Part shown: piece by piece, positions 1-9,342 of the stretch
Layout: each line of letters starts with the position of its first letter
How positions within the stretch are numbered: position 1 is the stretch's first letter
Assembly (NCBI GenBank): GCA_964596325.1
Contig: CAZQSQ010000001.1
Location: forward strand, 69,070 to 127,755
Length of the DNA: 58,686 bases
Direction: 5' to 3'
Source: an uncultured Candidatus Saccharibacteria bacterium
GTDB lineage: Bacteria; Patescibacteriota; Minisyncoccia; Minisyncoccales; JAGOPM01
The notes under the pieces: generated by a model
The model's database searches: none
Told to the model about the DNA's origin: nothing
What the model saw: only the letters and a program-made list of their open reading frames with translations
Position numbers and translations under genes: made by a program

Positions 1-2070
1 GGCAATAAAAACCTCCTCCATGTAATCGGAAGTCTGAACGGATGTATAAGTGCTTAGCAAAGACATATTGGCGCGATCAGAAATATCATAAAAATCTACG
101 TGAGCATTGCCTGCCCCGCTATCATTATCAGAAACTGCCAAAATTTTTCCGCTTAGCGAAAGACCGTTGGCATAATTAGCCGAAGAGGAGCTGATTTTGG
201 AAATTGTTCCGGTCGAATATTGGAAAATGTTTCCGCCATTGATTGTCAAACGTTGGGCCGGTGTGGAGGTGCCCAAGCCTAAACGGTTGTTGGTATCGTC
301 CCAATAAAAATTGGCATTGTCTTGGGCGATCTGACTATTTGCCCCAACAAATAAGGCCGACCCAGCCGTAAAGCCGGAAAGTACAGTTGCTCCCAAGGTA
401 GAAGTGCCATTTACGGTCAATGATGCAATGGTAGTTGTTGCCAACGTGGAGGTGCCGGTAACCGAAAGCATCCCCCCGGTCCATAAATTGCTCGTCAAGG
501 TCAGGGCCGTGCCCGAAGCGGTAGCAAAGGATAAATGCCCGGTAAAAGTTCCCGTTGAGGCGGTAAAATTACTGGCATAAAAATTAGTGGCCGTGGCATT
601 GGTGAAAAACGCACTGGAAGCATTGAGGAGGCTGATGGTCGTGGTGGCCATAGTAGCCGGACCATTAAAGGTTGTCGTATTAAATGTGGCCGAATTGCTC
701 ACATATAAATTAGTGGTAGTAGAGTTGCCTGCCGTTGAATTATAAACATACAAATTGCCCGAGGTAGCATTGGTAAAAGACGCATTTGCCGCATTAACCG
801 TGCTGGCATTAAGAAAAGTCAAGCTGGTGGTGGATAAATAAGTATTACCCTGCACAGTCAAGGTTGTTGAAACTGTCGTAGTCGCCAAGTAAGTATCGCC
901 CAACACCGTAAGCTGGGTGGTTGTCACTGAGCTGCTCGACATAAAATCCGCAACACGATACCCGGTGGTAATCATTCGCGTGCCGTCAAAAACAATTATT
1001 TGATTGGCAGTCAGCTGCCCAGAAGTGGCATTGGTACCACCATTATCAATTCCCAAAGTGCTGGTTACCTGATCGGTAGACAAATTAATTTCCGCCCGCA
1101 AAGCATTGGCAGCCACTTTAAGACCGGCGCCAGTCAAATCGGTTATGGAATCGACTCCTAAAATAAACTGGGTGGTGGAAACCGTGCCCACGGTCAAAAG
1201 CCCGGCCGTGCCCGAATCGGAAAGCGTCAATAATGTATTGGGGCTGGCCGCGCTATCTTTAACCGTCAGGGTGCCAGCAGAATCGCCACTCCCCAAAGTA
1301 ATGGTTGGCGTTGTACTAGTAAACTGCATGGCCTGGGCCACAACTAATTGCGTTGTTGAGGCCACACCGGATTGATTTATAGAAAATAATTCCGCACCGG
1401 AAGCATTGGCGATTTGCAGTTTGTAAACCGTTTGACTGGTTACAATATTTTGCAAAACCATGGAAACCGAAGTAGCGGCACTTCCCGTCCATGCCGAGCC
1501 ATTGAGCAAAAATGAGGCCGAATTAAAATTACCCCCGGCCGTGGCCGTGCCCAAAGCTTCCCCGACAAGAGAATTCGCGCCGCTGTCATAAAAATTACCA
1601 ACGCGCTTGGCATTAAATGCATAAGGAGCGGCCCCAAGTTGCACGCGTGGGCTGGCCTCGGTATTGCTGGATAAATCCGTGCCGATGGTTACGCCCAAAT
1701 AAAGCGTGCTGGTTGTAAAATCCAAATTTGCAGGAAAAGGTATGCAAGAGCCGAGCTTAGCCGTAAAATAACCGCGGTCATCAGGTTGGACTTGGGCGCA
1801 ATTACCAAGGCCTTGGTCATAAAGCTCACTCCATAAAACTGGCCCGCCGGAGGAAGTTGCCTGCGTATTGCCATTGCCGTTGGTGGCGTCGTTATAAATC
1901 GTAAAGCGGATGGAAGTGCTCGCCGAAATCGGGAAGCCCGAAGCATCACGCAACCGCGAATGGTAATTCATGAAAGACGGTGTTGCAGCCCAAGCCGTGA
2001 CGGCCAAAAGCGCCATACCAAACGTCGCGATAATTATTTTAACTGGCAATTGTTTGATGTTTTTAGGCAT
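1..2070 (-). CDS. Large secreted repeat protein with tail-fibre-like motifs. It is partial, with its 3' end beyond the window start.
   Basis: Reverse-strand frame is open from the ATG at 2070-2068 to position 1 with no stop, which I checked codon by codon at several points. The N-terminus MPKNIKQLPVKIIIATFGMALLAVTAWAA is a signal peptide. The body is Thr/Ser/Asn/Gly-rich degenerate repeats including ...NNRLGLGTSTPAQRLTINGGN..., a motif typical of phage tail-fibre-like or beta-helical surface proteins. The ORF track omits it because there is no stop inside the window. Confidence 0.7.
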   Translation of the reverse strand, partial: MPKNIKQLPVKIIIATFGMALLAVTAWAATPSFMNYHSRLRDASGFPISASTSIRFTIYNDATNGNGNTQATSSGGPVLWSELYDQGLGNCAQVQPDDRGYFTAKLGSCIPFPANLDFTTSTLYLGVTIGTDLSSNTEASPRVQLGAAPYAFNAKRVGNFYDSGANSLVGEALGTATAGGNFNSASFLLNGSAWTGSAATSVSMVLQNIVTSQTVYKLQIANASGAELFSINQSGVASTTQLVVAQAMQFTSTTPTITLGSGDSAGTLTVKDSAASPNTLLTLSDSGTAGLLTVGTVSTTQFILGVDSITDLTGAGLKVAANALRAEINLSTDQVTSTLGIDNGGTNATSGQLTANQIIVFDGTRMITTGYRVADFMSSSSVTTTQLTVLGDTYLATTTVSTTLTVQGNTYLSTTSLTFLNASTVNAANASFTNATSGNLYVYNSTAGNSTTTNLYVSNSATFNTTTFNGPATMATTTISLLNASSAFFTNATATNFYASNFTASTGTFTGHLSFATASGTALTLTSNLWTGGMLSVTGTSTLATTTIASLTVNGTSTLGATVLSGFTAGSALFVGANSQIAQDNANFYWDDTNNRLGLGTSTPAQRLTINGGNIFQYSTGTISKISSSSANYANGLSLSGKILAVSDNDSGAGNAHVDFYDISDRANMSLLSTYTSVQTSDYMEEVFIA

Positions 2071-2092
2071 CTTTTTGAAAATTTAATAGTAA

Positions 2093-3139
2093 TTACTGAA
2101 CCAGCTTCCACATTCCTTCCTCGAGAGCGAAAAAATAATTACTCTCCCCGCCCTGCCCATTTCCTAATTTTAATTCCACAGCCATTGGATATTGCACTGC
2201 ATATTGCGGCGAACTCCATGGGCTATGCACATTCGCATCTAAAACAATCAATTCCGGCATTGCTTCATTAAGCTTGTTAAAACTCTTCTGATAGTTTTTA
2301 ACAAACTCATCCAATGATACTTTTTGCTGATTGGCCATGGAGAACATTTCCAGATAAATGCCATCTATCTTATTGCGTGCCTCTAAATCAGCCACCTTGA
2401 TAGCTGCATTATAAAGCATGGGGTCGAAAATAATTTCCTGTTTGCCCTCTTTGGCTCTATAGCGTAAGGGTCGGCTTAAAACCGGGTAGTCGATTTTGAC
2501 GCCCTCGCCTTCCACTATCGAGCCCAAAGCAAACTCCCCGCCCTTGGGCGTTTTGACAACAGTTGCACCCGAGGAAATGCTTATCCCTTCCACGCCTTGC
2601 TTAGTAGCCGGATCCGTGACAAGGCCTTCGATATTTATATGTCTGACATCTTCTTTGGCTTGGCGGGCCAAAGAAGCCAGTGAGGCCTGCATCATATTAT
2701 CCTTCAGGGCCAAGCTTTTTATTAAGCCAAAAGAATAAGAGGCATAAATATAAAGCACGGTCGCCAAAATCATGACTAAAATCCCTAAAACCAAACCTAT
2801 ACCCTTGGCTTTGGATTGGCTGCCATCCTGTTCTTTGGCTTTGCGAGAAAAATAAATCATTCCCAAAGATACCAGCATGGCTGTTAAATAAAGCAGCGTC
2901 ACCCAGAGGAATAAACCTTGCGGCATAATTTCCTTAACCACTTCCTGCGTGACGATTTTTTCCTGCACTATGGTTTTGGTTTCTGTTTCGCCCTTAATAT
3001 CCACCACTACCGCATCCTTATTGCCATCCTGATCAACCGCGGTCACGGCATGTACTCCATTGCTAAAAGTATTAGGAAGATTTATTTCCCAATTACCGTT
3101 TTGATCGGCTGTAACTTCGTATATTTGCGGTTCAGCCAT
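2093..3139 (-). CDS. Membrane protein with an N-terminal Ig-like domain and two TM helices.
   Basis: Track ORF 2093..3151 begins at a TTG. The likely start is the ATG at 3139 (MAEPQIYEV...), which overlaps the upstream stop as TAATATG. Predicted TM helices are LFLWVTLLYLTAMLVSLGMIYF and GIGLVLGILVMILATVLYIYASYSF. I recognise no catalytic motif. Confidence 0.55.
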   Translation of the reverse strand: MAEPQIYEVTADQNGNWEINLPNTFSNGVHAVTAVDQDGNKDAVVVDIKGETETKTIVQEKIVTQEVVKEIMPQGLFLWVTLLYLTAMLVSLGMIYFSRKAKEQDGSQSKAKGIGLVLGILVMILATVLYIYASYSFGLIKSLALKDNMMQASLASLARQAKEDVRHINIEGLVTDPATKQGVEGISISSGATVVKTPKGGEFALGSIVEGEGVKIDYPVLSRPLRYRAKEGKQEIIFDPMLYNAAIKVADLEARNKIDGIYLEMFSMANQQKVSLDEFVKNYQKSFNKLNEAMPELIVLDANVHSPWSSPQYAVQYPMAVELKLGNGQGGESNYFFALEEGMWKLVQ

Positions 3140-3140
3140 A

Positions 3141-5498
3141 TTATTTGACAATTATTTTCAATTTTTGGCCGGGCTGCGCCTTGCCGGTCACTCTGATAGT
3201 TTCTCCAACCTGGGGAATTTCCACGATTTTGATATCCTGCAAGTCATTTTTACCATCCTGCGGCATTCGATCAGCTACGCTCAAAATCGCCAAAAGGTTT
3301 TCCAAAAGCCTGCGGTTTATCGGCTCTACTTTTTGCTCTTCGGCAGCCCTCTCGACGAAACGATATTCTATTTTCGGAATCGAAATGTATTTGGTAATTT
3401 CCTTGGGGATTTCGATAAACTTTGTTTGGGTGGTGGGTGTGCATTTGGCCACTGCCGCCGTGCTTGAGGCAATACATTTGCGGCCGTCCCAACGCGTATT
3501 GGAGCCGCAATAATCCTTGCCCGGCAAGCCACCGCCGCCGCCCGCGCTCATCCCTCCACTTGAAGCAGAACCGATGCAAAGGCTGCCATTCCAAGAGGTG
3601 TTAGAACCGCAATAAGCGCTGCCTAGAGTGGCTGTGCAAGTCAAACCATTCCAAGTTGTGCCGCTAGAGCAGCAATTATTGTCATAACAAGTGCTCGATG
3701 CGCAAGTCGCCGTACCCGCTACCGCCCCATACAAATAACGATGCATTAAATTATTGGAAGTATCGCGGGAAAAAACCTCAATGGGTACCGAACCTGTGGT
3801 AAAAGCCCCTTGTTTTTTCAGTGTAAAAGTATAGCCATTGGCAATAGCGGAAATCCCCGAAGTGTCGCCGGCATAATTTCCCCCGTTAAAATTATTGCTC
3901 GTGGCAAAGGCAATACTGGTTCCACTGGTAGCAATCGTGCCTGAACCGCCGGCATTAGACCACCACAATCCATCAACATAAATAAAAGTATTGGCCAAGC
4001 TCACGCCCACGCCCAAGTCGCGCAAGTTAAAAACTATAGCCGCCGTATCAACAATCGACTGTTTATCAACTGGGTTAACGGGCGTGACATAAGGCGGATC
4101 ATTATCGGCCGTGGCAAATGTCCAAGAAAGGAGCGGATCGGTAGAACTCACATTATTGGCCAAATCATAGCAATTACGAATTCTAACGGAGACTGTTTCG
4201 TTTTGTGCAAAATTGCTGGAAGGATCGATAGTGTAACGGTAACCGTAATTGATGGGCGTAACTGTAACGGTTGAAGTGGCGGAATCGAAGCTTACCCAAG
4301 TGCCGCCCCAAGAAGGAACATTCAAATCTATTTGACAGCTGGTGGAAGAAACGCCCTCGCCGGAAATGTTAGCCGCTTTAATATCGACAATTTCTACAAC
4401 CACATTGGAAGTTGTGGCCACACCCGAAGCTCCGGCAGCCGGCGAAGTCGAAGAAACACTGGGGGCAATAGTGTCAGCCTCAGTGGTAAAGGTCCAAGTG
4501 GAGGCATCCATACTATTGGGGCCGTTAGCTTCTCCGGGGCAAGAGGCATTGGCTTGCGCCGTCGAGGCCCTGTCAGTGTATCCGGAAACATTGATGGTAT
4601 AAGAAGTATTATACTTCCAATTACGCGTATCTCCGGTAATAACCAATGGGCTATCCGGATTCACTGTCGTGGTGCAATTAGTATTCCAAGTGCCCGAGCA
4701 GCTATATGAAGCATAAGCCAAATAACTAGTGGCTCCTGTGCCATCATTAAAGGTCAAAGTCCTGCCGCCGGCGGCCGTATTAATACCCGTGCCAACTCCT
4801 GTATTGCTACTCGAACCGTTCTTGGTATCGCGCAAAGCAAAAATATAACTGAACTCCACGGGCACACTACTTGAGGCATTAGTTATATTAGTCCCGGTGG
4901 CGAAAGGATTTTTCAAATCCGCCCAAATGTGGAAATTAAAATCTTCTTTGCTGTCCAAATAATTAATGCCCTGGTAGGCGATACTGGAAACATCGCCCAA
5001 GCCATCGCTGCTGGTCGTAAAAGAAAGCGTCTGATAACTAGTCGTGGAATAATTACAAGCCGAAGACGTGCCCATTACAAAATCAACATAGCCAAATGTT
5101 CCGGTAGCCGAAGAAACGCCCGACATTCTAGTTCCGGTTAAACGGACAATGCCACTGGAAGTGGCCTGCCCAGTGGAAGGATATTCGGTAAAATAGGAAC
5201 CGGCCAACAAATTAGAAATCGTCAGGTAAGCGGTCGGATAAGTTAATTTGATATTGGCAGCCGTAGTGCCAGTGGACTTTATTTGCACCGTCCCGCGGAA
5301 AGTTTGGCCGACATAATAATAATTGAAATCCGAAGCATCGCCCGTGCCGCCATCTCCGGTAGCATCACTGCCGGTGTAGGTTTGGGCAATTATTTGGAAC
5401 CAATGGTTGCCGCTGGGCGCGGCCGCCACGGCCGTCAGGCCAAAGCACAACAAAAGTGCGGCGATGAAGAAATATGAAATTATATTCTGCGCTTTCAT
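3141..5498 (-). CDS. Secreted Ser/Thr/Gly-rich protein with a C-terminal Cys-repeat module.
   Basis: Track ORF 3141..5558 starts at a GTG. The ATG at 5498 gives MKAQNIISYFFIAALLLCFGLTAVAAA, a signal peptide. The protein carries three C-x6-W-(N/D)-G-x2-C repeats: CSSGTTWNGLTC, CGSNTSWNGSLC and CGSNTRWDGRKC. The C-terminus is Lys/Glu-rich. Confidence 0.6.
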   Translation of the reverse strand: MKAQNIISYFFIAALLLCFGLTAVAAAPSGNHWFQIIAQTYTGSDATGDGGTGDASDFNYYYVGQTFRGTVQIKSTGTTAANIKLTYPTAYLTISNLLAGSYFTEYPSTGQATSSGIVRLTGTRMSGVSSATGTFGYVDFVMGTSSACNYSTTSYQTLSFTTSSDGLGDVSSIAYQGINYLDSKEDFNFHIWADLKNPFATGTNITNASSSVPVEFSYIFALRDTKNGSSSNTGVGTGINTAAGGRTLTFNDGTGATSYLAYASYSCSGTWNTNCTTTVNPDSPLVITGDTRNWKYNTSYTINVSGYTDRASTAQANASCPGEANGPNSMDASTWTFTTEADTIAPSVSSTSPAAGASGVATTSNVVVEIVDIKAANISGEGVSSTSCQIDLNVPSWGGTWVSFDSATSTVTVTPINYGYRYTIDPSSNFAQNETVSVRIRNCYDLANNVSSTDPLLSWTFATADNDPPYVTPVNPVDKQSIVDTAAIVFNLRDLGVGVSLANTFIYVDGLWWSNAGGSGTIATSGTSIAFATSNNFNGGNYAGDTSGISAIANGYTFTLKKQGAFTTGSVPIEVFSRDTSNNLMHRYLYGAVAGTATCASSTCYDNNCCSSGTTWNGLTCTATLGSAYCGSNTSWNGSLCIGSASSGGMSAGGGGGLPGKDYCGSNTRWDGRKCIASSTAAVAKCTPTTQTKFIEIPKEITKYISIPKIEYRFVERAAEEQKVEPINRRLLENLLAILSVADRMPQDGKNDLQDIKIVEIPQVGETIRVTGKAQPGQKLKIIVK

Positions 5499-5554
5499 AT
5501 TTTGATTTCTTTTTTGTTTCTTTCGGGCTTGATTGTTTGGACTTAAAATTTTCC

Positions 5555-6337
5555 TCACTGGTCACCGTGCACATCCAAATTTTTTATCAAAAGCGACAAG
5601 TCTACCGCATTAACAACCGAATCGAAATTCAAATTCCCCCGGTAAGTATCACTTGTAGGGTCGGCCTGATCTAGCTGGGAAATAATCAATGAAGCATCCA
5701 CGGAATTTATCACATCGTCTCCAAGCGTTGAGGTAGTATTGCCGGCGCCGTTCACATCACCAGCCAAAAGCCGCACGCTGCCCTTAGATGAACTGTTATT
5801 AGCTTGGGTGAAATTCAAAACATTAGTCCCGGTGGCAATAGCGACTCCCCGCAACATCTTGGTGATGTGCTGGTTGGTTTTTATCCCGATATCGTAAGAG
5901 CCCGGACCCAAAATGGATAAATCGATTTGCTCACTGGTTGTGCCCGCATGCGAGGTGGTGGCTAAAGGCGTGATTAAAACCGTACTGCCGCCGCCCTTAA
6001 CAATTAAATAAAAAGTAACATGGTCATTGGTCTCGGCCGTACCGCTGCGGCCCTCGGGCGTAGCCCATTTTATGGTGCAAGTGGTACTGGCCTGCTCCTG
6101 ATCCCAGAATGCGCCATGCTCATAAATATAATTAGTCGAGGTAGAAATACCCGAACCCGGTTCCCCTACGACTGCCTTAAAATTATAATTGCTCGTCGAA
6201 GCATTAAAGGGCATGGGGCCGGCATTATCTTGGCTGCTTTTATAGGCATCGGAAGTAGCCGCCTCAACTAAAATATGCACGCTGGTCAGCGATATGAATA
6301 ATATGAAAATTATGTATAACAACCTCTTATACTCCAT
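5555..6337 (-). CDS. Secreted protein with a C-terminal dockerin-like (GDVNGxG...D) repeat.
   Basis: Track ORF 5555..6346 starts at a TTG. The ATG at 6337 gives MEYKRLLYIIFILFISLTSVHILVEAA, a signal peptide. The C-terminus, LLAGDVNGAGN...DDVINSVDASLIISQL and GNLNFDSVVNAVDLSLLIKNL, resembles two dockerin type-I Ca-binding segments. Confidence 0.5.
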   Translation of the reverse strand: MEYKRLLYIIFILFISLTSVHILVEAATSDAYKSSQDNAGPMPFNASTSNYNFKAVVGEPGSGISTSTNYIYEHGAFWDQEQASTTCTIKWATPEGRSGTAETNDHVTFYLIVKGGGSTVLITPLATTSHAGTTSEQIDLSILGPGSYDIGIKTNQHITKMLRGVAIATGTNVLNFTQANNSSSKGSVRLLAGDVNGAGNTTSTLGDDVINSVDASLIISQLDQADPTSDTYRGNLNFDSVVNAVDLSLLIKNLDVHGDQ

Positions 6338-6423
6338 AAAAAGCAACGGCCACGCAAACAGCCTTGCTTGCCTAATTATACTCTGCCCTCGGCAAATTTA
6401 ATACATTTTTGCCTGTGGAAAAT

Positions 6424-6455
6424 TAAAAAAGACCCAGACGGGTTTTGTCTGGGTT
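6424..6455 (-). terminator. Rho-independent terminator after the HD-domain gene.
   Basis: Minus-strand hairpin ACCCAGAC-N8-GTCTGGGT followed by CTTTTTTAATTTT. Confidence 0.5.
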
Positions 6456-6458
6456 TGC

Positions 6459-7205
6459 TCAACTAAAAATCGTAAGGAGGTTAAAGTTACTTTTGGGCCT
6501 ATCAAGTGAGGCGAGCTTATTTTCGAATTCGGTAATTTGGGATTTGATGTTTTGGCGCGCCTTTTCCTCGAACCGCAAAATAAATTCGGGGGTCTGGAAA
6601 ATATAACCTCGCTCCAAAATGCCTCGTAAAAATTTCAGCCGGCCGGTTACCCATTCTTTTTCGCCAAGGTGCATGTATTCGAAACGGATGTCCTCAATGT
6701 CCTCTTTCTGGTGTTCGCCGGTCAAGCGATAGAGGTCAAGATCGCAAATCAGCTGGCAATCAGGATCGATTTGGCGTTCTTGATGGCGGGTGGCCAAAAT
6801 CAGGTCAGTCACTAACTCTTGATTATTGCTGATTTCCTGCGCAGGGCTGTTTGAGGGCATAATCCGGATGGCCGGGATATGGGACAAAATCAATCCCAAC
6901 CAGCCACTGGCCAAAAATGCGCTATTCTTCTCGTTGTCCGACATTTTCGGATTATAGAAAATGTCATGGAGCCAAAAAGCATAAGCAACATGGAAATAGC
7001 TGTTGACCAAGGTGCGATGCTCTTCAAGCAAATCCAAGCCCTCCTCAATATGGGACAAAACATGATAGCGCCGACGAGGTTCACTGTATTGCTTGACGAT
7101 CGTTGAAAAAAACAAGTCCAAAATGTCGTTTGGTTGTCTTAAATCGACACCAAAAAGCCGATACCAAAGAGATTTCATTTTCTTGAGATCAATCCCTTGC
7201 TTCAC
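6459..7205 (-). CDS. HD-domain (metal-dependent phosphohydrolase-like) protein.
   Basis: GTG start preceded by AAGGAGG. Motifs RRYHVLSHIEE...FWLHDIFYNP match the H...HD signature of HD-superfamily proteins. The family assignment is tentative. Confidence 0.5.
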   Translation of the reverse strand: MKQGIDLKKMKSLWYRLFGVDLRQPNDILDLFFSTIVKQYSEPRRRYHVLSHIEEGLDLLEEHRTLVNSYFHVAYAFWLHDIFYNPKMSDNEKNSAFLASGWLGLILSHIPAIRIMPSNSPAQEISNNQELVTDLILATRHQERQIDPDCQLICDLDLYRLTGEHQKEDIEDIRFEYMHLGEKEWVTGRLKFLRGILERGYIFQTPEFILRFEEKARQNIKSQITEFENKLASLDRPKSNFNLLTIFS

Positions 7206-7243
7206 ACAATCCTCCTTTTATATGTAGGTTTTTAATTCTTTAA

Positions 7244-7271
7244 TTATAAACTATTTATAATATTTGTCAAA
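7244..7271 (-). promoter_or_regulatory. Sigma70-like promoter for the HD-domain gene.
   Basis: Minus strand reads TTGACA-16 nt-TATAAT, about 35 nt upstream of the AAGGAGG/GTG start. Confidence 0.45.
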
Positions 7272-7308
7272 TACTTTATTTATTCCCATTTTTGTTGCCA
7301 AGGCGCAT

Positions 7309-7334
7309 AAAAAAACGCACCAAGCGGTGCGTAT
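7309..7334 (-). terminator. Rho-independent terminator after nadE.
   Basis: Minus-strand hairpin ACGCACC-GCTT-GGTGCGT followed by TTTTTTTATG. Confidence 0.5.
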
Positions 7335-7337
7335 TAC

Positions 7338-9185
7338 TTACTTTTCAAGGAGTTGATTAAAGAGCTCTGAGCGGTAAGACATTGCGTTGGGCGGGATGCA
7401 TTCGCGCAAATCAAAGCCGAAAGCCCGGCGCGTCATAATCGGAATAGGCGGGCACTGGGCGTGTTTGAAAATATTATTCTGATACATCGCCCATTTTTGG
7501 CTCAAATCACTAGCAAAGGCTTGGCGGTCAACAAATATCGCGGCCAGCTCCCCGGGGTTTAAGCGCAACAAACTTTCCAGATTGCCTTGGTCATAGCGCT
7601 GCAAAATTTTTCCCGGATCATGGCCAAATTCGATAAAAGCCCTAACCAGCTCATCGTGATAGCGGTAATTGAACGGATCACCCTTACCCTCTTCGATTTT
7701 TTGCGAATCGCTGAGCTCGGCACTGGGAATCACCTCAATAATGCCTTGGGGAATTTTTCTCTCGCTTACCTGATTGTGGTATCTGGCCAGCTGATAAACT
7801 TCCCTTTTCAGGCAATCCCCGATAGGCGCATAAGCCCCAGCCACATCACCATATAGAGTCGAGTAGCCAAAGCAAATCTCAGTCTTGTTGGCATTACAAG
7901 TAAAAATTCCTTTGTAGTGCGCCGCCAGAGAAGCTAGAACCTGCATTCGGAGACGGGCTTGGACATTCTGTTTGTCGAAATCGCCCAAATAGACACCGAC
8001 CCTTTGCAGTTGCAGGAGCGTTTCCTCAAAGAGATCTTGAATGGGAATGACCTTATACTCGATACCCAAATTTCTCGCCAGTTCACAAGCTAAATCGCGC
8101 GTCAGACGGGAATTAAACCTTGTCGGCATATTAACTCCCACCACCCTTTGGCTCCCGATGGCTTCTACCATCAGGGCTGCAGAAACGGCTGAGTCAATCC
8201 CGCCCGAAAGGCCGATGACCACTTTGCCATTAGGCATGTGTCTTTCCAAGATCCGCCTATTGGCATAGAGCAATGAAGTGTAAAGCTCGCGATCGTCATC
8301 GTATTGCTCGGCCACAACACAGGAATTTTGGTGGTTGCCTTCGATTTTCAAATCGACGAAAGCAATTTTTTCCTCATAGAGCGGCAGCTCACAGCTTAGA
8401 TTGCCCTCGCAGTCGTAAACCGAGGAGCGCCCGTCAAAAACAATGTAATTTTTCAAATTGTTTTGCAGGCCGACGCAGTTGCAATAAAGCAAAGGTACGC
8501 AGCAATCGCGCAGCATTTCGCTAACCACTTTATGGCGCATCTGATTTTTGTGCCAAGAAAACGGCGACATGGAAATATTGACCAGAACTTTGGCACCCTT
8601 ATCCACTAAATGGATAGGGGGTTTGAATTCGTAATCCTGAGTCCACATGTCTTCGCAAATCAGCACTCCGACCAAAACTTCTTCGCCGGAAAATTGGAAA
8701 GCAAAAGGTTTTTGCAGAGCGCCCGAACGCATCGCCATGGACTGTTCCAGTTGGAGGCTGGAATAAACATAGCGCTTGTCGTTGAAAAAACGGTAATCCG
8801 GAAGCAGATACTTATAAGTTGAACCGCTCTCATTTCCGCCTTTCACCCAGCGACCGTTTTGGGCCGCAAAGGCCGCATTGTATTTCCTTTCCCGGCCATC
8901 TTCGCCTTTTTTGCTAAAGTCGGTTTCCAAGCCTCCCCAAATAACGGCAATGCCTTGCGAGGCGGCCAGAATGGCCAAATTTGCCTTATTGGCATCCTCG
9001 CAGAATTGACTGTTTTCAAAATGGTCGCCGAACAGATAGCCCGTGGTTGCCAATTCCGGCAAAACCACCAGCTCGCATTTTTGCGCTTTGGCGGCTTCTA
9101 TGGCTTCCAAGCATTTCCGCAAATTGATTGTGATATTCCCGGGAACAACATCGATTTGTCCAATCGCCACTTTTAGATTGTGCAT
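7338..9185 (-). CDS. nadE: Glutamine-dependent NAD+ synthetase (N-terminal CN-hydrolase domain plus NAD synthetase domain).
   Basis: The N-terminal nitrilase/CN-hydrolase fold has the ELVVLPELATTGY...CEDMW motifs. The C-terminal PP-loop is VVIGLSGGIDSAVSAAL. Length is about 615 aa. The ATG at 9185 is preceded by AAGGAGG; the track start at 9188 is a TTG. Confidence 0.9.
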   Translation of the reverse strand: MHNLKVAIGQIDVVPGNITINLRKCLEAIEAAKAQKCELVVLPELATTGYLFGDHFENSQFCEDANKANLAILAASQGIAVIWGGLETDFSKKGEDGRERKYNAAFAAQNGRWVKGGNESGSTYKYLLPDYRFFNDKRYVYSSLQLEQSMAMRSGALQKPFAFQFSGEEVLVGVLICEDMWTQDYEFKPPIHLVDKGAKVLVNISMSPFSWHKNQMRHKVVSEMLRDCCVPLLYCNCVGLQNNLKNYIVFDGRSSVYDCEGNLSCELPLYEEKIAFVDLKIEGNHQNSCVVAEQYDDDRELYTSLLYANRRILERHMPNGKVVIGLSGGIDSAVSAALMVEAIGSQRVVGVNMPTRFNSRLTRDLACELARNLGIEYKVIPIQDLFEETLLQLQRVGVYLGDFDKQNVQARLRMQVLASLAAHYKGIFTCNANKTEICFGYSTLYGDVAGAYAPIGDCLKREVYQLARYHNQVSERKIPQGIIEVIPSAELSDSQKIEEGKGDPFNYRYHDELVRAFIEFGHDPGKILQRYDQGNLESLLRLNPGELAAIFVDRQAFASDLSQKWAMYQNNIFKHAQCPPIPIMTRRAFGFDLRECIPPNAMSYRSELFNQLLEK

Positions 9186-9245
9186 CAAATCCTCCTTTTA
9201 TTATTCGGTTATTAAGCCAAGAAATTGATAATTTCTCGTTATAAT

Positions 9246-9273
9246 ATTATATCATAATATTTCAAAATGTCAA
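9246..9273 (-). promoter_or_regulatory. Sigma70-like promoter for nadE.
   Basis: Minus strand reads TTGACA-16 nt-TATAAT upstream of the nadE ribosome-binding site. Confidence 0.5.
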
Positions 9274-9317
9274 AGTAGAGTAGCTGAGCTTGCAAACGCG
9301 AGCCCAAATTTTGCAAA

Positions 9318-9342
9318 TAAAAACTGCCTATAAGGCAGTTTA
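9318..9342 (-). terminator. Putative terminator after the multi-HTH gene.
   Basis: Minus-strand hairpin AAACTGCC-TTAT-AGGCAGTTT followed by TTATTTGCAAAATTT. Confidence 0.4.

Noticed and set aside
1106-1949. Track ORFs 1106..1375 (+), 1440..1637 (-) and 1689..1949 (-).
   Set aside because: They lie in alternative frames inside the partial large minus-strand gene 1..2070, whose frame is open throughout and carries a proper signal peptide.
1-2070. Possible prophage, because of the tail-fibre-like repeat motif.
   Set aside because: No capsid, terminase, portal, integrase or other phage genes occur in the adjacent 6 kb. The neighbouring genes are secreted or membrane proteins, so a cellular surface protein with a tail-fibre-like fold is more likely; this is unresolved because the gene runs off the window.
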